A DNA stretch of 64,000 nucleotides from a bacterium (GTDB taxonomy: Bacteria; UBA8248; JACPRG01; G963555815). The stretch covers positions 32,001 to 96,000 of the forward strand of contig CAUVWX020000001.1 of assembly GCA_963555815.3 (NCBI GenBank). Direction: 5' to 3'. A model generated the notes under the pieces. That model was not told where the DNA came from. It was given only the letters and a program-made list of their open reading frames with translations, and made no database searches. This document shows, one piece after another, positions 18,498-30,145 of the stretch. How positions within the stretch are numbered: the stretch's first letter is position 1; each line of letters starts with the position of its first letter. Position numbers and translations under genes: made by a program.

Positions 18498-20399
18498 CTA
18501 TAGTCTCAAACTGCCTGGGAGACCTGCCCCATCTGGGGCTCGTTTCGCCAGGTGTGAAGCAAGCGGTTTTTTCTCCTCTAAAAGGGCGAGAACCTCTGCC
18601 TGGGCCCCGCGGTTCTGGGCCTCAAGGATCTTCGCCTGAAGGAGGCGGGATTCCTCCCGCCAATAGTCTCGGCGGACACGGGCGATACAATCGTCCGCCG
18701 CCTGCAGGGCGTTTTCCCAGCTCCCTTCCTGCACCGAGAGGGAACTCACCCAGGTCTGTGAGGCCGGATCCTCAAGGGCCGTCAGCACGGTCGCCACATT
18801 GGGCGCACCGCCAGAGGCCAAATGTCCCAGGACGGCCTCGGCCACTTTCCTAAGGGCTTGATCCCGAAAGGCCGACAGGGGAATCTTCTCTCGGAGGGAC
18901 GCAATCTCCGTCGGCCGAGAGAGCAAAAGATGCACCAGCTCTCGCTCGGCGGGCGGGCTCTCCTCATTTCGAGTCACCACCTCCACGGTGGCCCGAACGG
19001 CCTCTCGGCGCCCCTTTTGTGGCGAAAGGGCGCTGGCGGCCAAGTCAGGGTCGATCCGAAGGCGCTCGCTAAGGAGCCGCAAGTACTCTCGCCGAAGGGC
19101 GGGCCGCTGTCTTGCCAGGATGGGTCCCATCCCCCGCAGGGCAGCGAGGCGCTCCTCGATCGAGGCCGTCGGAGGACAAGATGCTACGCATCGGTCCACG
19201 AGAAAATCGAGGAGGTTTCTTGCCTGGGATATCAAGGTTCGAACGGCCCCTTCCCCCTCGGTTCGAATCAGGGCATCCACGTCCTTTCCCGCAGGAAGCG
19301 TTGCGACCCGAAGCTGAATGCGGCCCCAACCCCCTCGAGCCAGCCAGGCCGCCAGTTGTCCTCCAGCCTTCCAGCCTTCAGGGGAAGCCGTCTGTTGGTA
19401 TTCCTCCAGGACCACCGATCCACCCCGGCGGGCCGCCGTCTCCCCCGCCTCATCCGGGTCAAAGCAAAAGATGAGGGTATCGACGTGGCCCCCCGGCCGA
19501 AGGGCCTTCACCTGCTCCGCTGTCAGGGCTGTCCCCAGGGTGGCCACGACATCTTGGACGCCGTGCTGATGGAGTGCGATAGCGTCGAAATAACCCTCCA
19601 CCACAATGGCTGTGCGGCTCTCGCCGATGGCCTTTTTGGCCTGATAGAGGCCGTAGAGATTTCTCCCCTTCTTAAAAGCCGCTGTTTCCACTGAATTTAA
19701 GTATTTAGGCGCCCGCTCCTCTTCTTTCAAGAGTCTTCCGCCAAAACCAATCACCCGGCCTTCCGCATCCTGAATGGGGAAGATGACACGGTCCCGGAAG
19801 GCATCGTAGTACCCCTCTCCCCCCCCCCGGGGCTTCACCAGGCCTGCGGCCAGGACCCGTTCAAGGGGGATGCCCCGCCCCAAAAGGTATTCGAGGAGAG
19901 CGCGCCACCCCCGAGGGGCATAGCCAATAGAGAAGGTCTCAAGGGTGGCCGCGTCGAGACCCCGTCCCCGGAGATATTCCCTCGCCTCCCGGCCTTCCGC
20001 CGAGCCAAGGCGTTCGCGGAAGAATTTCATGGCCTCCGTGTTGATCCGCAGGAGCTCTCGGACGCCCTCCTTGTCTGGCGGGGGTGAGGTCCGCCTTGAG
20101 TCCCGCCTCGGCAGAGAGACCCCCGCCTTTTGCGCAAGGACCGCCACAGCCTCCGGGAAGGAAAGGTTCTGAAGGAGCATCAGGAATTTAAAGGCATCTC
20201 CCCCCTTCCCACACCCAAAGCAGTGGAAGATCTGCTTGGCCGGGGTCACGACGAAGGAGGGTGTCTTCTCGGCGTGAAAGGGGCAGAGGGCCTTGTAACT
20301 CGTGCCCGCCTTCTTAAGTGGCACGTACTCTGAGATCAGGGAGACGACATCCACCCCATCTCTAACGCGCTCCAGAATTTCATCTGAATAAAGGGCCAA
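18498..20399 (-). CDS. dnaG: DNA primase (TTG start inferred)
   Basis: [16 protein letters not shown] zinc finger, PKYLNS, VVEGYFD, FDPDEAG. Confidence 0.97.
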   Translation of the reverse strand: MALYSDEILERVRDGVDVVSLISEYVPLKKAGTSYKALCPFHAEKTPSFVVTPAKQIFHCFGCGKGGDAFKFLMLLQNLSFPEAVAVLAQKAGVSLPRRDSRRTSPPPDKEGVRELLRINTEAMKFFRERLGSAEGREAREYLRGRGLDAATLETFSIGYAPRGWRALLEYLLGRGIPLERVLAAGLVKPRGGGEGYYDAFRDRVIFPIQDAEGRVIGFGGRLLKEEERAPKYLNSVETAAFKKGRNLYGLYQAKKAIGESRTAIVVEGYFDAIALHQHGVQDVVATLGTALTAEQVKALRPGGHVDTLIFCFDPDEAGETAARRGGSVVLEEYQQTASPEGWKAGGQLAAWLARGGWGRIQLRVATLPAGKDVDALIRTEGEGAVRTLISQARNLLDFLVDRCVASCPPTASIEERLAALRGMGPILARQRPALRREYLRLLSERLRIDPDLAASALSPQKGRREAVRATVEVVTRNEESPPAERELVHLLLSRPTEIASLREKIPLSAFRDQALRKVAEAVLGHLASGGAPNVATVLTALEDPASQTWVSSLSVQEGSWENALQAADDCIARVRRDYWREESRLLQAKILEAQNRGAQAEVLALLEEKKPLASHLAKRAPDGAGLPGSLRL

Positions 20400-20445
20400 A
20401 GAATGCTCTCTCCCCTTGGGCACGCCGGAAAAGTTAAACGTTTAC

Positions 20446-22805
20446 CTACACCATCTCGACAACGGTCACCCCGGCTCCCCCCGACTCCCGGCCCGCAGTA
20501 TAAAAGGTCTTGACCAGGGGATGTCCCTGAAGGACGTCCGAGATCGCCGCCTTGAGGGTGCCCGTTCCCTTCCCGTGAACGATCCGGATGAAGGGCATGC
20601 CCGAGAGGGCCGCCTCGTCGAGATACTTATCGACATGCGTTAAGGCCTCGTCCACCCGCTCGCCACGGACATGAAGCTCCAATGCGGGGGACTCTCGGCC
20701 TGGCCCAGACCACCCCAGGCCCTGATCTTCGGCCGACTGTCGGCCCGTCCCTTGCGAGGGCCCCTCGAGGGCGGTCAGCCCCTTCTCATGGGCCCAGATG
20801 CGCTTTCCACCCATCTCGATGCACCATTCGCCCTTCGGGTTCGGGCCCTCCAGCACCTTGCCTTGCAACCCCGTCCCCACCTAAGACCACGCGTCCCCCG
20901 ACCCGAATGGGGCCTGAGACCTGTCGCTCACTCTCGGGGATCGCGGCCAGGGCCTCCTCCCCCACTCTCTCCAGGGACCACACCATCTCTCGGGCCTCTC
21001 CCGCTGGAAGGGTTTCCTCCCCTCGTTCGGCCCGACGAGAATAACGGTCGAGCACCCGGAGGTGCTGTCTCGCTTCCCGCATGAATTCCTCGGTCCGCCT
21101 GGAAAACTTTTGGCGCCTCTCGACCAGGTGCTTCGTCTCTTGCGTGAGGGCCTCGCGATCCCGCCCCAGGACCTCCCGGGCCTGTGCAAGCTCCTCCTTC
21201 TCCCGTTGAAGGTCAGTGAGCTTTGCCTCAAGCCGCTGGATCAAGGGCCGAGAACCATCTCCAGACCCCTCCTCCAGGACACGGGCCCGCCCGGTCACCC
21301 GAGATGGCATTCCTAGACGCTCGGCGACGGTGATGGCGTTGCTCGTCCCGGCAACACCCGCAAGGAGGCGATAGGTGGGGCGCAGGGTCTTCTCGTCGAA
21401 TTCAACGGAGGCATTAACGGCGCCTTGGGCTTCATAACCATAGGCCTTGATGGCGTCGTGGTGTGTTGTGACGATGACGTGAACCCCTTTCTCGGCCAGG
21501 GTCTCCAGGACCGCGACCCCCAGGGCAGCCCCCTCAGTGGGGTCCGTTCCCGCCCCCAACTCATCAATGAGGACGAGGGATCGACGGGTGGAGCCCTGAA
21601 GAATCTCCACCTGGTTCTGGAGATGGGCAGAGAAAGTGCTGAGACTCTGTGCGATGCTCTGTTCGTCTCCGATGTCGGCGAAGATCTGATCGAAGAGGGG
21701 AAGGCGACTTCCCTCGAAGGCCGGGATGGGAAAGCCCGACTGGGCCATCAGAGAGAGGAGCCCAAGGGTTTTAAGGGCAATGGTCTTTCCGCCCGTGTTG
21801 GCCCCGGTGATGACGAGCTGTCGCTCATCCTGCCCAAGCTTTAGGCTGAGGGGAACAGTGCCCGTCTGTCCCTTCTGTCTTTCGAGGATAGGATGGCGGG
21901 CGTTCAGGAGACAGAGCCCCCCGTCCTCCTCCAAGAAAGGCTCAGAACAGTCGAAGTCCTCGCTGAAAAGGGCAACCGCCCTCACGGCGTCCAGCCCGGC
22001 CAGCCACCCGACGAGGGCCGCCAAGCGCTCCTTTTCCGAAAAGACCTTCGCCGTCAGGCGGGCAAGGATCCGATAGACCTCCGCCACTTCTGCCGCTCGG
22101 AGCTCGGCCAGGCGGTCATTTCGGCCCTGGATGAGGGTCGGCTCCACGTAGAGGGTGGCGCCGCTCGCCGACTGATCCAGGATGACCCCCTGTAAGACTT
22201 TTTTTAAATCCCTGGCGGACAGGCACGACATAGCGGTCCCGGCGGATAAGGACAAGTGGCTCCTGAAGGAAAGAGGCCCAGTCCCCCATGCGCCCTTCCA
22301 GGGTCTTTCTGATCTCCACCTTGAGGGTCCGGATCTCGAGTCGAACCCGCGCGAGCTCCGGGCTGGCCCTGTCGGCCACCTCGGCATCGGGGCCAATCGC
22401 CTCTTTAATCTCAGCCCGCAATCGAGGGAAGCCTCTCAGGTCTGGAGCTTCGCCCGAAAGAGTGGGGCAAAGATTCTTCCTTTCAACCAGGTGTCGTCGT
22501 GCCGCCTCGCCTCCCTCGATGACCTCCGAAACCTCCAAGCACTCCTTTGGCTCAAGGGGTTCGCCCCCTTCCTTCAGCCGAGGAAGCCAGATTCGAAGGT
22601 CGCAGAATGGCGCCAGGGGAAAGGGGCTTTCTTGGAGGACGCGCCGCATCTCTCCAACGCGGCAAAGCCGCCCCTTGACCGTTGCCTCAACCGGGGAGGG
22701 GTTCAATGTCTCAAGCTCAAGGCGACCCGCCTCAGAACATACATAACCGTAGAGAATCTCTTTGAGGGAATGAAGTTCGAGGGCTTCTTCGGCGCGAGGG
22801 CTCAT
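20446..22805 (-). CDS. mutS2: Endonuclease MutS2, split by two +1 homopolymer frameshifts (22199-22205 and 20875-20878)
   Basis: Three consecutive frames give N-terminus, GVILDQSASGATLYVEP, ITGANTGGKT, DELGAGTDP, KOW and Smr (IVHGKGTG) domains. Confidence 0.92.
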
Positions 22806-23253
22806 GAGGGGATCAGCCCCCGACGACAGAGGAGGGTCCAGGCAAGCCGCAGGATGATGCCGCGGAAGCGGCTGCATCTCAGCTCCCGATGTCCTTACAG
22901 CCGACTGTTTTTCGCAGCGAACTCAAAGCTGAGAACAATCTCCCTTTGGACCGCACTCTTCCACACAGAGAAGGGGTTAGGTTATCGGGAAGTTCCTTCT
23001 GGCTTTGGCTGCGAACTATAGAGGGCGTCAGGGCGACGAAAAACGAGGACATGGCCCTATCACGCCTTCCCAACCTCGGATCAGATATGACCTAGAAGTC
23101 CGGATGGACGAATAGAAAATTTCCCTGCTGTGAAACTCTGAAGTAAGGAGAAAAGGAACTGAAAGGTCAGGTGAATGTCGCGCCCCCCCCCCCATCCTTC
23201 TTTTGTCCTGGTTCCTGACTTTAGACGAAATATATCCCCCCCCTCCTGTTCTG

Positions 23254-23974
23254 TCAAGAATTAGAGCCAGTTGGGCGGCTTTTTTTCTCTAATATGCCAG
23301 ACTTGCCGAATCTTCGCTCTAACTCCGAAAACACGCCCTCAGGCTCTTTTCCAGCCTCTGCGAGGAGGACAAGGGTGTGAAACCAGAGGTCTGCCAGCTC
23401 AGGGATGACCCGGTCCGCTGAGTCCCCTTTTGCGGCCAAGATGACCTCGGAGGCCTCTTCTCCTATTTTTTTCAATAGCTTATCAGAATCCCCCTTGAAG
23501 AGGGATTGGACGTAGGGACTCCGGGTCTTCGCGCCCGCTCTCAAGGGCGTCCTTTCGGGAGAGAATGACATCGAAAATTTCACGAAAGATCGCGGATTTC
23601 CTCCATTCCCCTCGGCCCCCTTCTTCCTCTACCGTCCCGTCCTTTTTGTGAAAAAAGCAGGCCCTTCGGTCCGTATGGCAGGCGGGGCCCTCCTGTTCCA
23701 CCTGAAGGAGGAGGGCGTCGAGGTCGCAATCAAAGTGAAGGGAACGAAGGTGCTGCAGGTGGCCCGAGGTCTCACCTTTTTTCCAGAGCTTTTTCCGCTC
23801 CCGGCTGAAATAGTGAACGAGACCCGTCTCAAGGGTTTGCTTCAGGCTCTCACGATTCATATAAGCCAGCATGAGGACCTGGCCCGTCCGGTCGTCTTGG
23901 GCAATGGCGGGGATCAGACCCTGCTCGTCAAATTTCAGATTGAGATCCACTCCTTCGACCCTCACCGACGACAT
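23254..23974 (-). CDS. hisIE: Bifunctional phosphoribosyl-AMP cyclohydrolase/phosphoribosyl-ATP pyrophosphatase, one +1 frameshift at 23515-23517
   Basis: KGETSGH, DCDLD, ACHT..CF (HisI); [17 protein letters not shown] (HisE); removing one base gives ESYVQSLF. Confidence 0.92.
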
Positions 23975-24071
23975 CCTCCAAACAAAGGACTCTCTCCGCG
24001 GCGCGGTTCACACCGTCGTGACATAACAACAGAAGATAGTCTGCAGGGGATAGAGGGGATTCCATCCCAGT

Positions 24072-24836
24072 CTAGGCAAGGCGGACTGGCACCCCCTTCT
24101 TCCTCAAAACCTCCTTCACGGAGGCAATCGTCCACTCCCCGTAGTGGAAGATGGAAGCCGCAAGCGCGGCGTCGGCCCCGCCTCTCATCAGGCCATCGTA
24201 GATGTGGTCCGGGTGACCTACGCCCCCCGAGGCGATCAGGGGGATGGAGATGGCGTCTGAGATGGTTTGAGTGAGCTCCAGGTCATAGCCATCCTTCGTC
24301 CCGTCTCGGTCCATGCTGGTCAGGAGGATCTCCCCCGCTCCCCGGGACTCAGCCTCCCTGGCCCAGGCAAGGGCGTCCAGCCCCGTGGGCCTTGAACCCC
24401 CGTGGGTGTGCACTTCCCAGCCATCCCCGGCCGCTCGGCGCTTGGCATCAATGGCAACCACGATACATTGGCTCCCAAAGCGGCGGGCCCCTTCATCGAT
24501 GAAGTCGGGGCGATGAACAACCGCCGTGTTGATGGACACCTTGTCGGCCCCGGCGCGAAGGAGCCCATGGATATCCTCCAGAGTCCTCGCCCCGCCTCCC
24601 ACCGTGAGTGGGACAAAGACCCGCTCTGCCGTCCGGGCCACGATGTCCACCAGGGTTGGCCGATCCTCTTTCGATGCGGTGATGTCGAGAAAGGTGATCT
24701 CGTCCGCCCCCTGCTGACCATAGGCCTCGGCAGCCTCGACAGGGTCCCCGGCGTCCCTCAGGTCTAAAAAATGGACCCCTTTGACGACCCTGCCACACTT
24801 GACGTCAAGGCACGGGATGATGCGTTTGGCCAGCAT
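24072..24836 (-). CDS. hisF: Imidazole glycerol phosphate synthase cyclase subunit
   Basis: [38 protein letters not shown]. Confidence 0.98.
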   Translation of the reverse strand: MLAKRIIPCLDVKCGRVVKGVHFLDLRDAGDPVEAAEAYGQQGADEITFLDITASKEDRPTLVDIVARTAERVFVPLTVGGGARTLEDIHGLLRAGADKVSINTAVVHRPDFIDEGARRFGSQCIVVAIDAKRRAAGDGWEVHTHGGSRPTGLDALAWAREAESRGAGEILLTSMDRDGTKDGYDLELTQTISDAISIPLIASGGVGHPDHIYDGLMRGGADAALAASIFHYGEWTIASVKEVLRKKGVPVRLA

Positions 24837-25548
24837 ACTCGATCGCCTTGGGAAGCATGATCTTCCCTTCATAGAGGGCACGGCCCAGGACAACGCCCAT
24901 GACGCCGACGGCCTCCAGAGGGAGGAGGGCCTTAATATCTTTCAGGGAGGCGACCCCGCCCGAGGCAATGACCGGAGTCTCGACAGCTCGAGCAAGGTTT
25001 CGCGTCGCCGCGACGTTGGGTCCTGTCATGGCCCCGTCCCGCTCGATGTCAGTGAAGATAACGGCAGCAGGTTTCTCGGCGGCGAAGCGCAGGGCGAGGG
25101 TTTCAGGAAGCATTTCGGTCTCCTCCTCCCACCCTGAGACGGCCACCTTTCCTCCACGCACGTCTACACCGAGGATGATCTTGCCGGGATATTGGCGAAA
25201 GGCCGAGCGGGCAAACTCGGGCTCCCGATAGGCGGCCGTTCCCAGGATGAGGAACGAGGCCCCCGAGTCAAGGACGCGGCGAAGCGAGACCTCGTCGCGC
25301 AGCCCCCCCCCAAATTCGATGGGGAGCTGGACAGCGCCGGCGATGGCCTCGAGTCCCTTCAGGTTGTCTCTCTTTTCCCCGAAGGCCGCGTCGAGGTCGA
25401 TGACGTGGAGGCGTTCAGCCCCCTCATCGGCAAAGCGTTTGGCAGTATCCCTCGGGCTGCCGCTGAAGACGGTCTCTTCCTCCCGCCGGCCCTGATAGAG
25501 CCGAACACATTTTCCGCCCTTGAGGTCAATCGCTGGGATGATGAGCAT
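24805..25548 (-). CDS. hisA: ProFAR isomerase
   Basis: [31 protein letters not shown]. Confidence 0.97.
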   Translation of the reverse strand: MLIIPAIDLKGGKCVRLYQGRREEETVFSGSPRDTAKRFADEGAERLHVIDLDAAFGEKRDNLKGLEAIAGAVQLPIEFGGGLRDEVSLRRVLDSGASFLILGTAAYREPEFARSAFRQYPGKIILGVDVRGGKVAVSGWEEETEMLPETLALRFAAEKPAAVIFTDIERDGAMTGPNVAATRNLARAVETPVIASGGVASLKDIKALLPLEAVGVMGVVLGRALYEGKIMLPKAIEYAGQTHHPVP

Positions 25549-25578
25549 GCTTAGTCACCGGGGCGGACACAGAACCCC

Positions 25579-26217
25579 TTAATTTTTCGTCGCCCATTTG
25601 ACGAAATTCTCTAAAACCCTCAACCCCAGGGGGCCGCTGCGCTCCGGGTGAAACTGGCACCCAAAGACATTCTCCTTTGCAATGCTGGAGACGAATCTCA
25701 GCCCATAATCCGTCGTCGTGGTAACGAGGTTGTCCCCCTCAGGGACCACGCGATAGGAATGGACGAAGTAAAAGTGGGCCCCGTCCGGGACACCTTCCAA
25801 AGCCGGCGTGACCGTCTCCTTTCGGATCTCGTTCCAACCCATGTGAGGGACCTTAAGGCGAGCCCCCTTGCCATCTCGAAGTCCCTTTTCAAAAGGGACC
25901 ACCTTCCCCTTCAGATGGGCGAGACCCGGCGTCCTCCCAAACTCCTCGCCCTCTTCAAAGAGGATCTGGAGCCCAAGGCAAATCCCCAGATAGGGCTTCC
26001 CAGCACTCAGCGCCGAAAGCACCGCCTCATCCAAGCCGGCCGAACGGAGATTCTTCATGCAATCCCCAAAGGCGCCGACCCCTGGCAGGACAAGAGCGCC
26101 GGCACCCAGCATCTCCTTGGGCGTCCTCGCAATGAGAAGGTCCTTCCCAACCGCCTGAAAAGCGTTCAGGACACTCCGGAGATTTCCCATCCCGTAATCG
26201 ATAACGGCGATCTTCAT
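25579..26217 (-). CDS. hisH: Imidazole glycerol phosphate synthase glutaminase subunit
   Basis: DYGMGNLRSV, PGVG, GICLG, YFVHSY, QFHPE. Confidence 0.97.
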   Translation of the reverse strand: MKIAVIDYGMGNLRSVLNAFQAVGKDLLIARTPKEMLGAGALVLPGVGAFGDCMKNLRSAGLDEAVLSALSAGKPYLGICLGLQILFEEGEEFGRTPGLAHLKGKVVPFEKGLRDGKGARLKVPHMGWNEIRKETVTPALEGVPDGAHFYFVHSYRVVPEGDNLVTTTTDYGLRFVSSIAKENVFGCQFHPERSGPLGLRVLENFVKWATKN

Positions 26218-26807
26218 AACATCCCCTTGGTCGAGGGTACCCCTTCCCGTCGCTCATCGGGACACACAGCCTCTCGAAGGGCTCGCCCCCATCCCTTGAA
26301 AATGGCCTCCACCATGTGGTGGACGTTTTCGCCGTAGGGGACTTCGACGTGAAGATCCACTCCACCCTGGGAACAAAAAGCCTGAAAAAACTCCTCGATG
26401 AGCTGGACGTCAAAAGCTCCCACCCGGGTCGTGGGCGACGTCAGCCGATAGACCAGATGGGGGCGGCCGCCCACGTCGAGGGCCACCTGGGCGAGGGCGT
26501 CCATCATGGGCGAGAGGGCTTGCCCGAAGCGCCGGATGCCCCTCTTGTCCCCAAGGGCCCCCTTCAGGGCTTGTCCCAAACAGATCCCCACGTCCTCGAT
26601 CGTGTGGTGAGCGTCTACGGCAAGGTCCCCCTTAGCCGTGAGTTTTACGTCGAAGGCCCCGTGCTTCGCCATCTGGGAGAGCATATGGTCGAAAAAAGGG
26701 AGCCCCGTTGAGATCTCGTGATCTCCGGTCCCGTCCAGGCCCCATTCGACCTCGATCTCGGTCTCCGTCGTCTTTCTGACGACCTTGCCGACCCTCCCTT
26801 TATTCAT
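26214..26807 (-). CDS. hisB: Imidazoleglycerol-phosphate dehydratase
   Basis: RKTTET, FFDHML, DAHHTIED, NVHHMVEAIFK, PSTKGML. Confidence 0.97.
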   Translation of the reverse strand: MNKGRVGKVVRKTTETEIEVEWGLDGTGDHEISTGLPFFDHMLSQMAKHGAFDVKLTAKGDLAVDAHHTIEDVGICLGQALKGALGDKRGIRRFGQALSPMMDALAQVALDVGGRPHLVYRLTSPTTRVGAFDVQLIEEFFQAFCSQGGVDLHVEVPYGENVHHMVEAIFKGWGRALREAVCPDERREGVPSTKGML

Positions 26808-28138
26808 TTCTTCCTCCTTCTGCCCGGGATGGCGTCGGGGAACCTGGCCTGGACCGACGCCTTGTGGCCCCCCAGGCCCTCCAACGCCGCCAGGGTGCAT
26901 GCCCCGTCGGCGACACGGGCGAGGGCGGGACGACTGAACTCCACAACGCTCGTCCGCTTCACGAAATCGTAGACCCCCAGGGGGGAGCCAAACCGGGCCG
27001 TCCCCCCGGTGGGAAGGATGTGGTTCGGGCCAGCGAGATAATCGCCCACGGCCACCGGAGTGAAAGAGCCCAGAAAGATGGCCCCCGCGTTGGAAAAACT
27101 GTCTATGTAGCGACGCGCTCCCCGAATGGCAAGGGAAAGGTGCTCGGGGCAGAGCTCGGCCACAACCTCAGCTGCCCGCTCGAGGTTCGGAACCTCCACC
27201 ACCCACCCACTCCTGCGCCAGGCCTCAGCCGCCATCTCCCGGCGCTCGAGAGTGGGAAGGGTCCGGCGGACTTCCTTCAGGACCGCTTCCGCCACACCCC
27301 TCTCCACAGCGACGAGGGCCACCCAAGCATCTGGGTCGTGCTCGGCCTGGGCAAGGAGGTCTGCCGCCACCCATTGAGGGCGGGCCGAGCCATCGGCAAC
27401 CACCAGGAGTTCGCTCGGGCCAGCCAGCCCATCGATATCCACATCACCGTAGACCAGGCGCTTGGCAGCGACCACGTAGGCATTGCCGGGACCCACGATC
27501 TTGTCTACCGCCCTGAGGGTCTTTGTCCCGTAGGCCATGGCGCCGATGGCCTGGGCGCCCCCAATGCGGTAGGCCTCTTTGACCCCCGCCAGGTTGGCAG
27601 CCACAAGGACCTGGGGGCTGATCTTTCCGTCGGGCCCGGGCGGGGTGCATAGGACGATTTCCTGGACCCCGGCGAGCCGGGCCGGAATCCCCGCCATCAA
27701 GACGGTCGAAGGATAGGCCGCCCGGCCTCCCGGGACGTAGATCCCAACCCGCCTCAGGGGCCGAACCCACTGGCCCAGACGTTCCCCCTGGCGGCTCTTC
27801 GCCCAAATGGCCTCTCCTCGAGAGGAGGAGGTCTTCTGTGAACGGTGAAAGGTTTCTATCCGCTCGGCCGCCATTTTGAGGGCGCGAAGCTCCCCTGGCT
27901 GAAGGGCTTTTAGGGCCCCCTCTCGCTCGCGGCGGGAGACCCGAATGCGAGCGGAGGAAAGGCGGACTCCGTCCAGGCGCTCTGTCCAGCGCAGCACGGC
28001 CCTATCCCCGTCTTCTCTAACGGTCGATAGAATGTCCCTCGCCCGCTTCATCGCCTGGGCTTGGCCTCGCTGCCACTTTCGACGATGGCGACCGAGGTTT
28101 TCTCGCCAGCCAGGCCGGGATGCATCGAGGCGTTTCAT
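26804..28138 (-). CDS. hisD: Histidinol dehydrogenase
   Basis: YVPGGRAAYPS, GPGNAYV, AGPSE, AQAEHD, PEHL, GPNHILPT. Confidence 0.97.
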   Translation of the reverse strand: MKRLDASRPGWRENLGRHRRKWQRGQAQAMKRARDILSTVREDGDRAVLRWTERLDGVRLSSARIRVSRREREGALKALQPGELRALKMAAERIETFHRSQKTSSSRGEAIWAKSRQGERLGQWVRPLRRVGIYVPGGRAAYPSTVLMAGIPARLAGVQEIVLCTPPGPDGKISPQVLVAANLAGVKEAYRIGGAQAIGAMAYGTKTLRAVDKIVGPGNAYVVAAKRLVYGDVDIDGLAGPSELLVVADGSARPQWVAADLLAQAEHDPDAWVALVAVERGVAEAVLKEVRRTLPTLERREMAAEAWRRSGWVVEVPNLERAAEVVAELCPEHLSLAIRGARRYIDSFSNAGAIFLGSFTPVAVGDYLAGPNHILPTGGTARFGSPLGVYDFVKRTSVVEFSRPALARVADGACTLAALEGLGGHKASVQARFPDAIPGRRRKK

Positions 28139-28205
28139 CTTTTCCCCTGACTCGAGAATTTCTGTTCCAAACGACAAAGAGTAAAAATTTCGAGAAACCG
28201 GAGCG

Positions 28206-28886
28206 TCAGACCGTTAGGTGTTTTTTCAGCCGCATCACCAGGGCCCGAATTTGCACGTATCGCGTCTTCTGGCTCGCCCGGTTCACAATGAGTCGCGCCG
28301 ACGCCCCCAAAACCTCTCGAACCTCCACAAGGCCATTTTCCCGAAGTGTCCTGCCCGTGTCCACGAGGTCCACGACGGCGTCGGCCAGACCCAGGCTCGG
28401 CGCGAGCTCCACGGCCCCCGAGAGCCGGACCACATCGACGGGAACCCCTGCCCCGCCGAAGAAGTTCTCCGTAATGCGTGGAAATTTCGTCGCCACGCGA
28501 AGCCAGGCCCTCCCCACCAGTCGGGACCATTCGGCCTCCTCCTTCGGCGCCGCCAGCACCAGGCGACAAAGACCAAAGCGAAGGTCTAGGGGCTCATACA
28601 CACTCTTTGCCTGTTCGAGGAGGACGTCTTTCCCCACCACCCCGAGGTCCGCGGCACCGTGCTCCACATAGGTGGGGACATCCACGTCCCGGACTCGGAT
28701 AATTCGAAGGCTTTCGGACCCGGACCGGGAAGTAGCCTCATAGACCAGGACCCGCTCTTCCTCCCACCTGTTGGCAGACACCAGACCCGTCCGGCGAAGG
28801 AGATCCCAGGCGGGCTCAAAAAGCCGCCCGCGGGGGAGGGCCAGGGTCAGAGGTGGATCCTTCGACAGGGTCTTTTTTCGTTTCAT
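28206..28886 (-). CDS. hisG: ATP phosphoribosyltransferase, short form (HisZ-dependent)
   Basis: DVPTYVEHGAADLGVVGKD, ATKFP, GAVELAP, DLVDTGRTLRENGL; no C-terminal regulatory domain. Confidence 0.95.
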   Translation of the reverse strand: MKRKKTLSKDPPLTLALPRGRLFEPAWDLLRRTGLVSANRWEEERVLVYEATSRSGSESLRIIRVRDVDVPTYVEHGAADLGVVGKDVLLEQAKSVYEPLDLRFGLCRLVLAAPKEEAEWSRLVGRAWLRVATKFPRITENFFGGAGVPVDVVRLSGAVELAPSLGLADAVVDLVDTGRTLRENGLVEVREVLGASARLIVNRASQKTRYVQIRALVMRLKKHLTV

Positions 28887-30136
28887 CGAAGACGCTCGAT
28901 CTCAGCCCCAAGGGCCGAAAGTTTCTTTTCCATTCGCTCGTATCCTCGGTCCAGATGATAAACCCGATTGATCGTCGTTTCTTCCCTCGCAGCAAGCCCG
29001 GCCAGAACGAGACACGCACTGGCCCGAAGATCAGTGGCCATGACCTCTGCCCCGCAAAGCTTGGAGACACCCCGGACTACGGCCACATTTCCCTGGATTG
29101 AGATATCGGCCCCCATCCGCCGAAGCTCTGCCGCGTGCAGAAACCGGTTCTCAAAGACGGTCTCCGTGATGACCGAGGTCCCTTCGGCCAGGACCATCAG
29201 GGCCATCATCTGGGCCTGAACGTCCGTCGGAAATCCTGGGTAGGGGGCCGTCCGAAGTTCCATTGGGCAGATCGGGCGCTTCCCCTGCACCCTGAGAAAA
29301 TCCTCCCCTTCGCTCACCTTCGTCCCCGCCGCCCGAAGCCTCTCCGTCACGGCACTCAGGTGGGCCGGGCAGACCCCCCTCAGCGTCACGTCCCCACCCG
29401 TGATGGCCCCCGCCACCAGGTAGGTGGCGGCCTCGATCCGGTCGGGGATGATCCGCTCCTGAAAAGGGCCGAGCTCCTTTTTGCCCTCGACCTCGATGGC
29501 GTCCGTCCCGGCCCCTGAGACCCGGGCCCCCATGGAGTTCAGGACATCCGCCAGCTGGACCACCTCGGGCTCCCGAGCGGCGTTGTGGATGCGCGTCTTC
29601 CCGCGCGCCAGAGAAGCCGCCATCATCAGATTCTCCGTCCCCGTCACTGTCATGGGGTCCAGGAAGATATCGGCCCCACGAAGACCGTTGGCAGTGGCGT
29701 AAACATAGCCCTGACGAAGAGAGACGGACACCCCCAAGGCTCTAAGACCCTCCAGGTGGAGGTTGATCGGACGGGCCCCGATGGCACAACCTCCCGGCAG
29801 GGAAACCACCGCCCGGCCCGAGCGGGCCAAAAGAGGGCCCAGGACCAGCACCGACGCACGCATGGTGCGAACCAGGTCATAGGAGGCCTGTTGACCCGTC
29901 AGATCTGCCGCTTCCACTGCCGCCACGCGCCCTTCGGCCTGTTCGATCCTAACCCCGAACCTCCCGAGGAGGTGACAGAAGGTTTGTACATCTTGAACGT
30001 CCGGGAGGTTTTCAAGCCGGCAGGGTTCTCTTGTCAGCAGGGTCGCGGCGAGAAGCGGCAAGGCGGCATTCTTGGCGCCGCCGATCGTGACCTCCCCTTG
30101 AAGCCCCTTGCCCCCCCGGATCCGGATTCGGTCCAC
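28883..30136 (-). CDS. murA: UDP-N-acetylglucosamine 1-carboxyvinyltransferase
   Basis: [38 protein letters not shown]. Confidence 0.98.
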   Translation of the reverse strand: MDRIRIRGGKGLQGEVTIGGAKNAALPLLAATLLTREPCRLENLPDVQDVQTFCHLLGRFGVRIEQAEGRVAAVEAADLTGQQASYDLVRTMRASVLVLGPLLARSGRAVVSLPGGCAIGARPINLHLEGLRALGVSVSLRQGYVYATANGLRGADIFLDPMTVTGTENLMMAASLARGKTRIHNAAREPEVVQLADVLNSMGARVSGAGTDAIEVEGKKELGPFQERIIPDRIEAATYLVAGAITGGDVTLRGVCPAHLSAVTERLRAAGTKVSEGEDFLRVQGKRPICPMELRTAPYPGFPTDVQAQMMALMVLAEGTSVITETVFENRFLHAAELRRMGADISIQGNVAVVRGVSKLCGAEVMATDLRASACLVLAGLAAREETTINRVYHLDRGYERMEKKLSALGAEIERLR

Positions 30137-30145
30137 CTTCCCTCC

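Noticed and set aside
22879..23095. Small ORFs of 64 and 68 aa upstream of mutS2
   Set aside because: No family motifs (not rpsU, YqeY or CvpA); nested complementarity explains the region better
23183..23193. C11 run as a phase-variation switch
   Set aside because: Intergenic, not within a recognisable promoter spacer, and run lengths are unreliable in this assembly
20446..23974. mutS2 and hisIE as true pseudogenes or programmed -1 frameshifts
   Set aside because: All breaks need a +1 correction in homopolymers, the domains are otherwise intact, and no in-frame X XXY YYZ slippery site fits
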